Source: Felis catus
Taxonomy: Eukaryota
NCBI RefSeq assembly: GCF_018350175.1
Contig: NC_058368.1
Span: 95,544,001-95,608,000, forward strand
Direction: 5' to 3'
Length of the DNA stretch: 64,000 nt
Shown here: piece by piece, positions 62,637 to 64,000 of the stretch
How the letters are laid out: every line of letters starts with the position of its first letter
Numbering within the stretch: the first letter of the stretch is position 1
Made by a program: the position numbers and the translations under genes
The notes under the pieces: model-generated
Databases searched by the model: none
What the model was told of the DNA's origin: nothing
The model's input: the letters and a program-made list of their open reading frames with translations, nothing else

Positions 62637-64000
62637 TTTGGGCACATTTCCTTTTTCCTTGGATAAAATCATTGTTCTTTCCAATCCACTTGATAGCATT
62701 TTTTTTTTTAACTATAACTGCCTTCGGTGACCGACATCTTCCCACCGAACTGAATTTGCCTGTCAGTCAAACCCAAAATTAACCTTTCTAAAACAAACCT
62801 TTGTATTTGCTAAATGTAAGCTTTGGGAAAGATGGGTGGTGGTAATCTGATAGAAACTGGTGAAGGGGTATTTCTGAACAATGATGTGGTTTATTATTTA
62901 ACAGAAGTACTATAGAGCTAGAGGTCATATATGCCATGGAGCTTAATTGACTGAGGACAGCCCCCCTTTGTCCTTCCCCGAGACATGAATTCCATTCTAT
63001 TTGAGTCATTCTCTTTCATGCCATGCCACCCTGCCCCATCCCATCGCATCTGAATCCCTTTCTAATGCATGAACTATGAGCATGGCATTTTTTCTAGGTG
63101 GTAAGACCAGTGGAAGTCGTCTGGAAGATTTGTTGGGCCCAAGGAAGTCTTTAATAGTAGGAAAGCAGGAATCTAAGTTCCAGTTTATTTTTCAGGACAA
63201 CCATATTATTCCAACATGGCTACTGTGAGTATGGATTTAGGAAGAAGTAAAACTCCTTCAAGGTACTTTCTAAGATGAACTCAAAAGGAGTCATTAGTCT
63301 CTATGCTTTATGGAGTAAAGAAGAGGCAGTGGTAGGCTAATGTAGCTCTTCGATGAGATTTAAATTTGCTTGTGGAAATAGGAACAAAGAAAAAAGAGCA
63401 ATGAATAGAACTCAGTAGTAAATGAGTGGACATCATGGCACTCCAGCCAATGACCATGGCCAGGGAAGCTGATGTTCTCAAACTACGCTTAGGCTCTCCC
63501 TGGCTTATCTTGTCCTCCTCTGCTGTGATGCTCTTAGTTCCCAGGATAGCCTAATATGCTAAGCTGGGCTATTTCATTCACAGACTGAAAGAGGGCCACC
63601 ATTTTTCTTTTCTCCTTGATTCCTACGAAGTGAACAGAAGCTACAAGGGACACCAAAGATTTTTAAGTCTATAAATAGTTGAAGAAATGAAAGCATAGTG
63701 TGGTGGGGAAAAAGGAAAACTAATTTCATGTTCGTTGTTGAAACTATCTCATTGCAAGAGTTTAACACGACGGTGATAATGGAAAGCCTTTACAGGTTTA
63801 CTGAAAAGATTGAAACAGACACTAGACTTCAGACAATTCTATTCAAAGCTCCATTATTTATTTGCAGAGACAAAGCTACATATCCCATAAAAGGAAATGG
63901 CCTGCCGGCTAAACTTGGCTCTGCTACATGTGACTTTCCAACCAAGTTTTGGATCATCCACAGTTAATTCCACACATATACTACAAATAGAAAAATTTAC

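Noticed and set aside
1..64000. tRNA genes, CRISPR arrays, operons, CpG-island promoter or a novel multi-gene system
   Set aside because: The tRNA-like A/B boxes all belong to SINE heads. There is no repeat-spacer array, no CpG island and no coding cluster. The window is ordinary felid non-coding DNA.

Overview
This 64 kb window is repeat-rich, non-coding mammalian DNA from a felid (cat family), identified by about 30 feline-type tRNA-derived CAN-SINEs and two young feline L1 3' ends. I find no credible protein-coding exon. The listed ORFs come from SINEs, microsatellites, decayed L1 or chance. The window looks intronic or intergenic. It contains CAN-SINEs (most with readable target-site duplications, TSDs), carnivore and older L1 fragments, L2/MIR/CR1 relics, MaLR/ERVL solo LTRs, MER and MADE2 DNA-transposon relics, microsatellites, a 57-nt tailless U2 snRNA retrocopy, and several repeat-free blocks that may be enhancers. 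I see no evidence of a new biological system. The most interesting signals are mechanistic records of retrotransposition: a twin-primed L1 with a roughly 1 kb internal loss, a U2 fragment and a SINE inserted back-to-back at one TTTAAA site, an out-of-order ORF2 C-terminal piece inside an L1, and nested inverted SINE pairs. Repeat family names are from recall of consensus sequences, not from a database search, and the boundaries of old repeats are approximate.
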